From Monocercomonoides exilis PA203 (taxonomy: Eukaryota > Protista > Preaxostyla): a stretch of 64,000 bases of DNA. This document shows positions 1 to 11,918 of the stretch, one piece after another (position 1 is the stretch's first letter; each line of letters opens with the position of its first letter). The notes beneath the pieces are model-generated. The model was not told the origin of the DNA, searched no databases, and saw nothing but the letters and a program-made list of their open reading frames with translations. The stretch is taken from assembly GCA_001643675.2 (NCBI GenBank), contig LSRY02000046.1, positions 558,001 through 622,000 of the forward strand, in the 5' to 3' direction. The position numbers and the translations under genes are program-made.

Positions 1-104
1 AAATGATTTAATATTTTGAATTTAAATCATATGAACATAAATGCAATAAAAGCAATTGTTAAAATGAAGAAAAATAAGATGCTCATTCAAATAATGAATC
101 AAAC

Positions 105-987
105 CTGAACAGCGTTGGGAAGGAATTTGTCTGTCACTTTTCTTGGAATGACCGAAAGAAGAGAAGAAAATAAAGCAACTTGAGTCGTTGGAGGTATCGC
201 TTTTAATATTTGCACGGTATGAAAAAATCCTGATTTCCCCTTTACTGCATATTGCTCTGCATCATCGAGAACAATCATCCGAAGCATATCAAGATCCAGT
301 TCATCATTTTGTGAATAACAATTAATGCAAGCAGGGGTTGAAATAAGAATGTGGCATGATAATTGTGCTTAAATTAAGAATAGAAGCAATTTGAAAAAAT
401 AAGTGCTAATTCAAATAAATTGAGCAAACAGCTTAAATCTCTCGATAACGCAAAATCTTTTGAGAGAAGCAATTTTGTCTTTATTTTTGTTTGAGCAGCA
501 ATGGAAATTGCCAGCTCGTTAACTTTTTCTGCGCATTCATCTTTTGGAGTCACGATTATAACTTGAAGCTTCGGCAGTTCCTCCTGAATACAGGAAAGAG
601 CAGCAAGAAGATAGCAAAGAGTTTTCTCTGTGCTTTGAGGCGCATTCGCTATAAAATTTCTTGGACTTTTAGAAATATTTATATTTTAATTTATCGAATG
701 TTTCGAATCGTAAATGTTGTTTTAAATACGAAAATATTTTTTAATAGATATTTTTTCAAATATTTTCCATGAAAAGTAAAAAAATAAACAAACGGTAAAG
801 GCATCAAAAGCGATAAAGCTTTTATTTGTAATTTTGTTGGTGATTTTTGTCCTCTTAAGGACAATGAACGCAAAATAGTGGGTTTTATCCCCAATTGAAA
901 AAACAAGGCCCAAGGTGATGAAAGCCAGAAACGCCTTACTTGCTGAACTTGCTGAATAGCATACATATAAGGATTTGGTAAAGACAT
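105..987 (-). CDS. Dbp5/DDX19-like DEAD-box protein with degenerate catalytic motifs (spliced; continues off the left edge of the window)
   Basis: Manual splicing of exons ~987-794, 665-430 and 367-105 (GT..AG) gives the Q-motif FFQLGIKPTILRSL..SPTKLQIKALSLL, then PPRNFIANAPQSTEKT (motif I), LQVIIVTPKDECA (Ia), ILISTPA (Ib), IVLDDAE (II) and QVALFSS (III). This is colinear with Dbp5 (PPRNMIAQSQSGTGKT...). Confidence 0.75.
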
Positions 988-1155
988 ATTTAACAAAATT
1001 CGAGAGCCCCTGCAAATCGCAAGAAAAGAAAAGAGAGAAAGAAATGGACCCAGTATGGGATCACTGTGATCTTGAAGTTCAATTCTCTCTAATTAGAATC
1101 TTGAAGTTCGTCGTGAAAGCTTTTTGACAAATCTCAACTTTTCTTCCATAAGCGC

Positions 1156-2314
1156 TCAATCTGGAGGGAAAAATGCTTCTTGATTCAATGACTGAAGAAG
1201 GGATGATAACAATAGAGGATTTGGATCTCCAGTGGTTAATGCAATTGCATGAATTGATTTAACAGCATCCAAACACATTTCCTTTCGAGGAATAATGCTC
1301 GGTTGCTGCTCATCAGGCGTTGACGTTGGAACCAAATCTGCTAATTTGGTTTCAGGTGATTCACCCATAATTGTAAAAATACACCACAGTGATGACACAA
1401 GAACTGAAGGCGAAACAGGAATAAAAGAGCAAGAAGATTCAAAAAAGGAACTTGACTTTGTTGATTCTCGTGATGACTCAGGAGAGGTATTGAGAGCTAA
1501 AAGAGCAAATCTTCCAACAGAAAAATATTACAGTTACACATATTTAAAAATGAAGCAATCAGAAAAATATTTCAAAAACAAAAATGAATATAAAATGCAC
1601 ACTTGTTCCACGTTTCGCAAAAGCGTAATTTAATTTCAAGCGATAAATATGGTAGAAATGCATGGAATCCATCAATCGCAGAAGAAAGTACTTCTGAAGA
1701 AGATTTGGTGCGAATTTTGGACTGTGAAACAAGAGGGTCAATATTTTGAATATTTTTAACAAAAAAATCTTCATGTTCATCATCTGTAATTCTGTCGATT
1801 TTATTCTCTTTTTGAAGTGGACAAGGAATGGATGCAGAAGCTTGATTTATTGATTGTGAAGCTGTAGGTTCTGTTGTATAAATTGAACTTAACGGTGATG
1901 TCCATCCCGACAATTGCGTACCCGGAAACCAAAACGGGGTTCGTATTGTTGGTGCAGGGATTCGGACAGGGCTTTCAACGATCTCTGGTAATTGAAGAAA
2001 TTGAGAAACATTTTTCGGAGAATGAGTTGCAAACAAGCAAATAAGACTATTTAATGCTAAAATAACATTAGAATATATGTTAAAGTAGATGCGCTATTTA
2101 AATACTAACCTGGAAAAGCTAAAGCAGCTGGATGCTTCAAATATTGAAAAAGTATTTCTGGAAATAATGAAAAGCAAAATTGTTTTGCTTGTATTGATTT
2201 GGAACAAAGCAATATTGAAATAAATTCGCATGTAATGCATGATTCCTAAAAAAAATTTTTTCCTTTTTAAATAAACGAATAAAATAAAAATCATACAGCT
2301 CCCACTTCTTCCAT
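1156..2314 (-). CDS. Hypothetical multi-exon protein
   Basis: ATG at 2314 (MEEVGA|GTATGA); ORF pieces 1572-2036 and 1156-1398 are separated by AT-rich intron-like stretches. No recognised domain, and the exon structure is uncertain. Confidence 0.4.
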
Positions 2315-2491
2315 TTCTAGATGGTTTTGAAACAAGGAAAGGTGCTTTTCCGCAAATTCGTATAGTTTTACTATATCTGCATGTTCTTCACAAAGTAATT
2401 TTGAAAGTTGAACGTTTAAACAATCTGTCATAAAAATTGATGATCAAAACCCTTTGTTGTTATTTACTATTTCGAAGTAAATTTTGCTCAA

Positions 2492-3067
2492 ATGTCTGCT
2501 TCGTCTTCATCTGCTTTAACAGGAAAACTGTCCACATCATCGCTTACCACTTCAATCAAAATACGAGTGGCATGCATTACCGGAGATTTAGACACTCTCA
2601 AAGAAATGGTGGCCGAAGATCCATCAATTGTCAATATTTGCCTTGAATACGGAAAGACACCTCTTTCAATCGCAGCTGGATGGGGTCATGAAGAATTGTG
2701 CCAGTTTGCTTTTGTGAATCCAGAAATTATTTGTTGATTTCATTTTGAAATTGATGTATTATTTGTTGAAGATTTCTTATTCAACATAAAGCCGATGTGA
2801 ATCATGCAGATGATATTGGATGGACTCCATTGCATTGGTCTGCCTTTACTGGAAAGATTTCTGTTTGCAGACTCCTTTTGGCGAGTGGAGCTGATCCATC
2901 AATCGAGAATAAAGCACATCAAACTGCTTTGGATTTTGAAAAGGCAGCTGAATTAAAAGGTTTTAGTCCACAAGTATTTATTTTTTGTATATTTTATTTC
3001 TATAATTTTAGCTGAAGTTGAAAGGGATCTTGAAACTGAAAGATCAATGGCTGAAGGTTTGAATTGA
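2492..3067 (+). CDS. Small ankyrin-repeat protein (3 exons)
   Basis: GKTPLSIAAGWGHEELCQ|FLIQHKADVNHADDIGWTPLHWSAFTGKISVCRLLLASGADPSIEN; intron 2704-2771 (GT..AG). The last-exon frame is ambiguous (stop at 3062 or 3067). Confidence 0.85.
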
Positions 3068-3465
3068 TGCGCATATTCATCTTCTTTCTAATATTTATTT
3101 TGTTTTCTCAACAGAAAAATAAACATTTTCCATCCACATATACACATCCCATCATTTCTATAATTTTTATATTGTTATTATTTTTCGTAATTTATCATTA
3201 ACAAACTTCCTTTACGTAAAAATTGTTATTCTAATAATTCATAGATCATCTAAAAAATAATTGATGAAATTATGTCACAAATGCTAATTTTATAAATTAT
3301 ATGATACTTAAATTTCAATTGTTTGTGAAATTCCATTCAAACTCTTCAAATGAAAAAGAAATTTACCAAAAAATAATTGTTGCATAATAAATAAATTAAA
3401 AACCATAAAAAAATTGTTTCCTTCTGATCGTATTGACTTGATCGAGTCTACAAAACTAACCTGCA

Positions 3466-5178
3466 ATGGATTGTTGTATTCCACCATTACCATCTACTGG
3501 AGGAATGAATGGTATTCAGCAAGAACTTTTCCCGTGTCGTTGTGGTCGTACATGTGGTTGTGGAGCTATTCATCCAGCAATTCCTAGATTAATCGATCCT
3601 GCTTGTAATCCATATCAGCATGAAACAGGTGTAACATCGGTACCGTTACTTCCTTCTGGTCTGCCTCCATATTTTTCCGATGGTTCGGGGCCTTCATGCT
3701 GCCCACCTGAATGGAGAACGCTTTCTCCTCAAGAACGTGCTATTCAAGCGCAACAACAACATTTTAAAAATTTTCAGCCGCCTCCTTGGAGACCTGTTTT
3801 TGAATCAGATCCAATAAGCGATTTGGTATTAGCTGTTATTGTGAGACATGTTTCTCAAATTGCAGTATTTTGCGTGAGATTTGCTGCTCTGGATAAATCA
3901 AGACAAAAGCTAGAAGTAACTGATTGTAGAGAATGCAAAACTGCAGGCCTGCCTGAAGTAGCTTCTTATTTTATGGAATCAGGAATGAATGAAAGAGCAA
4001 GTGGAGTTGATACCTTGAACGGTGCTCGAGTAGCTGCAAAGGCGCATTTCGGGCATGAACATGAATTTGCAGAAGCGCTAGCAGCAACAAAAGGAGAAGT
4101 TGAACTTCATTTATCTCAAACACTTGGAATGCTACAAAAACACATGCGCTTTCGACAGACAGAAATACTTCAAGGAGTAATTCTATTTGATCGATTGTGG
4201 AAAACTCATTGGAATTGTAGTTCTTTTGTTCTATTGAGATGGAAAATGAAAACCACTTTCCTGGTTTGTGTGATGCTGGGTCATAAAATGAGCAGCGATT
4301 CCACATTTCAAAATGACTTAATGGCGCATATTTTGAGGATTCCGCTATCCACATTGAATGAAATGGAGCGGACGCTGATACAAATGATGGGATTTAATCT
4401 GAACGTTCATGGAGATGAATACATACAATACGAAGAATGGGTTGGAGGAGGGTGTCTGAAAGAAGAGATTCAGAAATCTTTGAAAAATGCATTTACGCAT
4501 TCCTTTTCTCCTTCTCCGTCTGTTACTCACATTTCATCACATCATCCATCTTTTACTGCCTCTGCTTCTTCCACACCTTCAGCATTCTCCACGCTTTCTT
4601 CATCTTCTGTGCCTGCGTTTCCTTCATTGAACTCCATCCAACCTTCTTTCTCCTCATCCACTTCATCGGCTAACACTTCCTCCTGCGTCCCCACACCCAA
4701 CACTTCATCCACTTTTCCTGGGCAGCAGATGACGCTTTCCAATTCTATAAGCTCTGTTTCTCAACAAAACATGCTTTTTCCCACTTCAAATTCTTCTATT
4801 TCTTCATTCGCACAAGACACAGTCACCTCATCGGCATCTCCTTCCTCTATGAATGTCTATCACCCGAATTCAAGTCAGTTAAAAGCGGAGAAATCTAACG
4901 AGACCAGCGGAAAGATGGACATTGAGGAAGAAGATAGCGATATTCAGAATCATTCAGAGGGTTTTTCTAAAGTCGTTTTTTCAGAAGGCAACGAAGTTCA
5001 ATCAACTGCACAAGCACAAGGGCAGCAAAGCTTTCAGAATGGAACTTATCCTTTTGGATATCCCAATGCCTTTGCTAATTATAACGTTAGTGAAAGCAAC
5101 TCACTTCATCGCCAGCAGAACAGCCTGTTTGCTTTGGCGCAATCGTCCATCTCTCACAGCGTGATGATGGCGTCATAG
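3466..5178 (+). CDS. Pho80/P(U)-type cyclin with Cys/Pro-rich N-terminus and Ser-rich C-terminus
   Basis: 570-aa ORF containing the cyclin-box-like segment GVILFDRL...TTFLVCVMLGHKMSSDSTFQNDLMAHILRIPLSTLNEMERTLIQMMGFNLNV. Confidence 0.8.
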   Translation: MDCCIPPLPSTGGMNGIQQELFPCRCGRTCGCGAIHPAIPRLIDPACNPYQHETGVTSVPLLPSGLPPYFSDGSGPSCCPPEWRTLSPQERAIQAQQQHFKNFQPPPWRPVFESDPISDLVLAVIVRHVSQIAVFCVRFAALDKSRQKLEVTDCRECKTAGLPEVASYFMESGMNERASGVDTLNGARVAAKAHFGHEHEFAEALAATKGEVELHLSQTLGMLQKHMRFRQTEILQGVILFDRLWKTHWNCSSFVLLRWKMKTTFLVCVMLGHKMSSDSTFQNDLMAHILRIPLSTLNEMERTLIQMMGFNLNVHGDEYIQYEEWVGGGCLKEEIQKSLKNAFTHSFSPSPSVTHISSHHPSFTASASSTPSAFSTLSSSSVPAFPSLNSIQPSFSSSTSSANTSSCVPTPNTSSTFPGQQMTLSNSISSVSQQNMLFPTSNSSISSFAQDTVTSSASPSSMNVYHPNSSQLKAEKSNETSGKMDIEEEDSDIQNHSEGFSKVVFSEGNEVQSTAQAQGQQSFQNGTYPFGYPNAFANYNVSESNSLHRQQNSLFALAQSSISHSVMMAS

Positions 5179-5946
5179 ACATTTTGCTTTGACAGCTTGA
5201 GGTTTCTGTCAGTTGCCTTATGGTGTTTTTCTGTTCAGCATTTTGTGAGTAATTTTTTTTTTAATTTTATTTTCATATTCTAGATCAATGAAAGTGGTTT
5301 TATATTGATTTCAATGCAGACAATTATAATTGAATAATTTCATCTTATTAAATTGAGACATTTGCATTTTGAAAAAAAAAAAAAAATCTCTCATTTACAT
5401 TTTTTTAAATTTTTTTTTGGATATTTGCGTTAGAAATTTTTTGTTTAAGCTTGTAATATTTTTTTTTTAATTTTTTGGATTTTTCGTTAATAATGAATAA
5501 TCATCTTCTGCATCCAGTTTTATGATGCATCAATATACAAAGTTAATAAAACGGGATCAATTATTTATTGGGACCACCTTTTTTAGCAGGGACCAAAGAA
5601 ATAGTACCAATTGACATTAAAAAAACATGGAGTGAATTATTTTTTTTTGAATAAAAATGAAATTATGAAATAATGTTTCTGAAGATTCAATAAAACTTGA
5701 TCGTCACAATATAGCAAGAATGTGCAAATTTATATTTTATCAGTTTATAAATAAATAAGCAAAGACTGATCTGTAACAAAGTTTCATTGTTTCAATTCTT
5801 TATTCATAAATATGTCCTTTTAAATGTTTATAAACACCAAAATTTTCATGCATATTTATTCGAAATCTCCAATTCAATAAATGATTCTGAATCAAGAGTA
5901 ATTCAAAATACCCATAAATATTTATAAACAGATAATTTTGAAGAAA

Positions 5947-8900
5947 ATGCTTTCTTCACGAAGTGAGAACGAAACCGATTTATTTAAATTTAAGGTTTAC
6001 ACTATTATTCACTTAAAAATTAAAAGCCTTTTATTCGTTTAATTTTGTTATGATCGATTTATTAAATGTTATATATTTCCTATTTTTCCAATCATTGCAA
6101 ATTATTTTTACTTCAAAATATTTCAAAATTATTGGCATTCAAATTTCAACGCAATGCACTTGATGAAGGATATTGAAGGGGAAATAACAAGTCACGAAAG
6201 TTCGCAAATTGTTTTTGCAATTCATTTTTGATTGAATGTTTGTGTTACTTCGCGCATTAGTTAATGCCCTTGATGAACTGATAACAAAGTTCCAGTGTGC
6301 ATATGAAATTTAGATTTTTTGGCACGAGATCATAATGTAATAATGTTATTTAGATCACAAAAACTGAAAAATTGCGAAATACATGATTTATCAAATCAGA
6401 TCACAATATTACTTTCCCAGTTCATTGGAAGGATGGAAGGAGTTCCGTCTGCAATATTGGAAAAACTTATAAATGAAGCCGCAAAAGTTATTGAGACCAC
6501 AAATGATGAAAAAGTCGTTAAAGCAATTGTATCAACAATGATAATTATTACTGATACCAAATCTTATTCCGAGCAATTCATAAAACCTAGAATTATTAAG
6601 GATACTTCATTGCTTCAAGAAGGACAAATTATATTTCGCAATTTTGGCATTGAACAGCAAAAAAAAGAAATATTTTTTTCTCAATTTTTTCATGTTCCTC
6701 CATTTCTTCAAAATATGATTTCTCAAGGTGATGTAATATCAATTATTGTCGAACGCATACTTTCAACAGAACAAGATGATTCTTTAAATGCACTGTCAAG
6801 ACTTGTTTTAAATTTAGTAAAAATGGCTGATTTGAAAGGAATCGAAAAGATGGTGAGAAAAAGCGTTTTGGATGGAATAGAATCAATTCTTGTAAGATGC
6901 CAAAGTGAAGAAGGTTTATCTGATGCCATTTCTTCTCTTCAGATTTTCTACAACGCGACCAATGAGGATGGAAAAAGCAGATTTTGGATAACAGAGTACA
7001 AAAGCCATCTTTTTGAAGCTGTGCTGACAGAAATAGCAGTAGGAAATAAAATCAGAGGAATTGCCCGAAAGAAATTGAATTCCAGGCTTCCACTGCACAA
7101 AAACATAGTGAATGTGGAATGTGAGGCGGATGAAGTAGATGAAGCAGACGAGTCGGTAACTGAATGCCTTTCAACTGTTCTTTCGATTGAAAGGGCGCGA
7201 ATCAAAGGAGATGCGAACGATGATGGAGGTGATGATTATTGCAATGATGAAAACAGAGGGGAAGAGGAAATAGAAAAAGACACATACAAAACGAAAGAAT
7301 CGAAACAAAAAGTGAAAGGCTCAAAGAATAATTCAAAGGATAAAGCAATAACAAAAGGGAAAGATAAAAAGCAAACAAAGGAGAAGAAGTTAAACGCAAA
7401 AAGTAAATATTCAGAAGCAATTATTGAGCCCAAAAGGAAACAAGAGGAAAAAAACAAAGCAGGCGCATGCCAATCATGTGAAAGAGTCTCAGGAGCACAG
7501 AAAGACAGGGAAAAGCCCTTTCTTCCGATGCCCATTCGCATAAAAGCTGTACTTGCCATGTCAAATAACGATATAAATTTCACGAGGATTCAGCCAATAA
7601 AGAACATTATGCACTTATTGATGGAAGGAATAAGGATTCCTGAAGGAGCGGAAGCTGAGTATCTGAAGAGAAAGAAAGAAATGTCAGAAATTGATGAAGA
7701 CAGTATCATTAAAATGATGGAAGATAAGTTGAATATTAATCAAATCAGGAATTGCATCATTTGCATTAAAGGGCTGATTGCTGATTACGGTCTGCTCCTT
7801 TTTTTTATCATTAAAAAATTAAACTTTGTTTTATTTAAATAATTTTTGGAAATAATTCTTCTTTTGAATTTTCACAATTTATAATTTTGATTTGTTATTT
7901 TTGATTTTTTCTTTTCTTGTATTATTTTATCAACTACAAAATCTTGTGCAAACTTTGAAGTGTATGCAAAGAATAGCGAATTCATTTCTGAGAATCAACT
8001 TAAAACATTAGTCGATCTTTTGATTCAATTGAACAAGTTTGCTTTTTAATTGAACAAATAATCAATCACAACAGTTTTTTCAAATGTTTTTTCTTTAACT
8101 GAATAATTTCACGATTGAACATATAAGATTTCCTGATTGTCTATTTTTCAGTTTATCAAGTAGTTGCATCGAGTATATTTGCTATTGTTACTCAAACCAG
8201 ATGAAGCAGCTATATCTTTCGACATTTGAAGAGCAGCTGATGGAAGATTTGAATTCTGTCGAAGAAGAGATGAAGACACTTGCACAAGAAGACAGGAAAA
8301 CGAAAGAAAAGAAAGTTGGAGAAGAAGAAAAAGAAGAAGAAGAAGAGACAAGAACTGATTATCTTCAAAGCGATGATTTTGCTGGATGGAACAACGATTA
8401 TAATTCTTTGCCTTTTGTTAGCGTTAGAAAGCTGACGGACCCAAAATGTCTAACTTTTTGGGAATATAATGTTGACAAATCCATTCGTACGAGACAAAAA
8501 ATGTTAGAAGATCAAAACATCTTTTATTTGCTGACAGAGATGTTTAGTCTCAAAAACATAAGAAAAGTGGGAATTAGCATCAACGATAGTGCTCCAGTCA
8601 TTCCATTCCACTTTTCTGCAGCTGCCCATCGCTTCAATCATTCGCTCAGCTGCATCGCTAGCATTTTCAGAATTAACGGCACATATTGCGATGACGTTGT
8701 AATTCGTCCTGTTTTTGCAAATTTGGTGAATCGCATGGCGCATCCTTTCTCTTTGATTGCACCGATTTCGGTTATGAACTTGAAAAGCGACACTTATTGC
8801 GTACAATCCCTTGAATCAGTGCAAATATCAATCGACATGTTTGTTCTGCAGACGATGGTCAATGTAGTGCACGAGCTGCCATTCGCATTTGCCATGGGCT

Positions 8901-9574
8901 TTGAGCATGTCTTGTTTGAGTGGCTTGCGGGCGGAAGAGATTCTAACGATCGGGTTTTGTATTATGCTATCCAGATAATCCGCGAGACCTGCATTGTTTT
9001 TATGAACATTGCCAGAGATTTGAGAATTAAGTCAACAGAAATTTTTAATGAAAAAGTGGATGCGCATAATAATTATAAGCCAAAGAAAATGCGTGATTGG
9101 TGTTTTGCACCAGATCCACATCCAGATCAATGTGTTTCACTGCTTGATGAAAGAATATGCTATGACTCTTGCAGAGCAAATTGTGCAATGGAAAGTCGAT
9201 CTAAAAAGCCACCTCCTATGAAATACGTATGTTTCGAAGAAGACGCAATTGAATTGTCAAAGGGAGAGGACATTGGGGCCTGTTTACTCCGCTTGATTGA
9301 TGATGAAATTGAGGAGTGTGGAATAAGAGATGTTGTTGAAGCAACACCACAGAGAAGAATAATACAGCTGTTTTGGCTGTGTTCTGGTGTGATGCCAAAA
9401 GCTGACAGAAATACACGTTTGAGTAGCTTCAAAAGATTCAAAACAGATTACCTGAACAATTTACCTTTGGTTGAGTTTCGTATTGAACCATCAAATCCAT
9501 TGGCAAAAAATCAGTTTGTTTTTAATTGCAATTGGGGATATGCTCTCTCAGATCGTTATTTCGTTCATAATTAA
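5947..9574 (+). CDS. Large hypothetical multi-exon protein (helical, possibly ARM-like, with a charged insert)
   Basis: ATG at 5947 is followed by a GTTTAC donor. Long ORFs 6319-7842 and 8201-9574 are on the same strand, linked by short exon/intron-like segments. No confident domain. Confidence 0.55.
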
Positions 9575-10233
9575 ATGAGCAAGAAAAGAACAAGGCAAAA
9601 AATTTTTTTATATTTTTGAATGATGAATATGCTTGTAAATGACAAGTAAATGCAATCTCAAACAAGAAATTAAACATTATATCTGAAATGTTATTTTTTT
9701 CGAAAATCTTTGATAGATTTGCTTTTCGTTGTTTTTCAAATTTTTATGTTTTGCAATATTTTTAATTTTTATGATTTATAAATTGAACGAACTTTGTATA
9801 TATTTGCTTTCTTTAAAGTGTTTAGAATTTTTCATCCAATTTTCACAAGATTTCTTTTTCTTCTTTTATATTTTCATTTTTGTTCTTAATGTTAATGAAT
9901 TATTTAAAACTTAAAGAGAGAGATTTCTTACGTGAAAATTGAAATTAATCTTATTGAGAAAACTAAAATTTAACTGTTTATTAGTATTTTATGAAACAGA
10001 GAAACTTCTTTCTTGAATTAACTTTATTTCTTTCCAAATCTTTGAGAAATTTCACTTTTATTCTTTTCAAAAATAAAAAATGCTTGAAAAGTGGTTTTGA
10101 AATAGAAAATTGAGAAGTTGCAACCATTTGATTTGCACAAAAATCAGCATGGAAAAATTATTTTTTTTATCTGAAAACATTTTTTCTTTTGAAAACATTT
10201 TTTGATAAATCAGCGCTTTTAAAGCATATTTGA

Positions 10234-11116
10234 TTAAAACCAAAATACCCGATTTCTGTCCTTCACTTTTTGAAAAATACAAAAGCATTCAAAGAATGCA
10301 ATGAAAAAAAGAAATAGAAAGAAGAGAAGAGAATAACGTAATGATCTTGGCAATCTCAGTTCTTTCATTTCCTTTGTACCATTTTTCTCCTCCTTTCCCA
10401 CAAGAATATTCTCCTCAGCATATTCCAATACTTCTGTTGATTCTCTTGCAAATCGCAGTTCATTCACAGCCAAATCTTCATTTTGCCAAACGCTTAAAAA
10501 TCCAGCCGAGCAGATTGAACTGATAGATGCATCAGACTGTGGTGCTTTGAAGATCCTTTGACCATTTCTGTGTTCTCATTCTGAATCAGTGCTCTTCTGG
10601 AATTCCATTCACGCAAGCAAATAAATTAATAATTTGTGAAAATTGTGGCAATGTATTGCATGAGCACATGAGACTCAAAATCGCTGAATCCATTTCCACT
10701 TTGTTTTGTGTTTCCTCTTTTTCTTCTTCGCTCGTAGAAACTTTCAGAAGACCAGAAATGGCACTTGTTTGTAATGCAGTTGAAAAAGCGTTTGTCTGTC
10801 GTAATGAATCATTCACAGAGAGATATAAAAATAATTCTTCATTTATCTTTTCTTTTCCCGCCTCTTCCTCATCAGAGACAAACTTCTCGAATCTTATGCA
10901 CAGCAAAGGAACTCTGTCGCAAACACTCGCTGTTCCATTTTCAACACTTTGCTGCACCCAACTAGCACAAGTTCCAAAACTGTATTTTTTTGAAATGAGG
11001 GTTCTATTTCTCCGTTCATTCGTTTGAATCAGCTGAATCAATTTTCTTGAGAAAATGAAAGCAAAGGTCATTGATTCTTCCCCTGGAACTTGCATCATCC
11101 TTCGATTCCTTTTCAT
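10234..11116 (-). pseudogene. Degraded copy of a lineage-specific repeated hypothetical protein family
   Basis: Fragments EEKEETQNKVEMDSAILSLMC and AVNELRFARESTEVLE are interrupted by stops and frameshifts. They resemble the multi-copy Monocercomonoides family (..EETQKEVEMALLALS..ELHFAREA..), from recall. Confidence 0.5.
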
Positions 11117-11918
11117 AACATCCCACTTTTGTTTTCCAGTTTTTGTGTTGCGTCACAACTGCCCTTTCCAGAAACAATCAAAAAAAAAAAAAAAAAAAAA
11201 AGACAACCAGGCACAGAAACAAGGCAAAACAAGCAAATCCAACAACATGCAGCACCACAACCACCACAAAGAACCACTCAAATGAAGTTGGAAAAAAAAA
11301 ATACAAAAGTTGAGCTGAAACCTCAGCCATGCACATTCAGCTGATTTTTTTTGATGGAAACGAAACTTCACAAAATACTCAACACAACAGACATTCGCCA
11401 AGAAAAATCATGCAAATCGCAGGAATTTAATGTCTGCCGTTGCTTGTCACTCATGTGCAAATGCTTCGAATCATCAAACACAAAAGCATAACAAAAAACA
11501 AATCAAGCATTCGTTATGGGCACAACCTTAATCCATTCAAAACCAGTTCAAAAAAAAAAAATGAATGCTTGAAAAAATACACAGGTCACAACTGATTCAT
11601 TGTGCTAGAAGAGCTCAGATAAGCCATTTGATGACTTAATAACTTTCGAGAAGAAGTATTAGTGAGAGATAAACGAGATAAAAGATGTTTGTATTTGGTA
11701 ATTGAGAAATAAATAAGAATTGAGAAAATTTTAAAATTTTAAAACCCGCTTGGAACACGCCCCCAGGGCGCAACAGAGCACAGAGCAAGCGACCAGGCAG
11801 ATTTCGAGCGAAAGAGGGGTACCACAATAATGTTTGGGGGGAGTGCGAATTGGAGGAGGGATCATCTGATTTTTGTTTTTTTGTGTTTCCGCGGAGAAAT
11901 TGTGAAAGCGGAAATCGG

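Noticed and set aside
987-1160. Fusion of the 1156-2314 gene with the helicase via stop readthrough (same frame, TGA and TAA between)
   Set aside because: There are two stops and no convincing intron. Two separate genes, with an ATG at 987, is the simpler reading.
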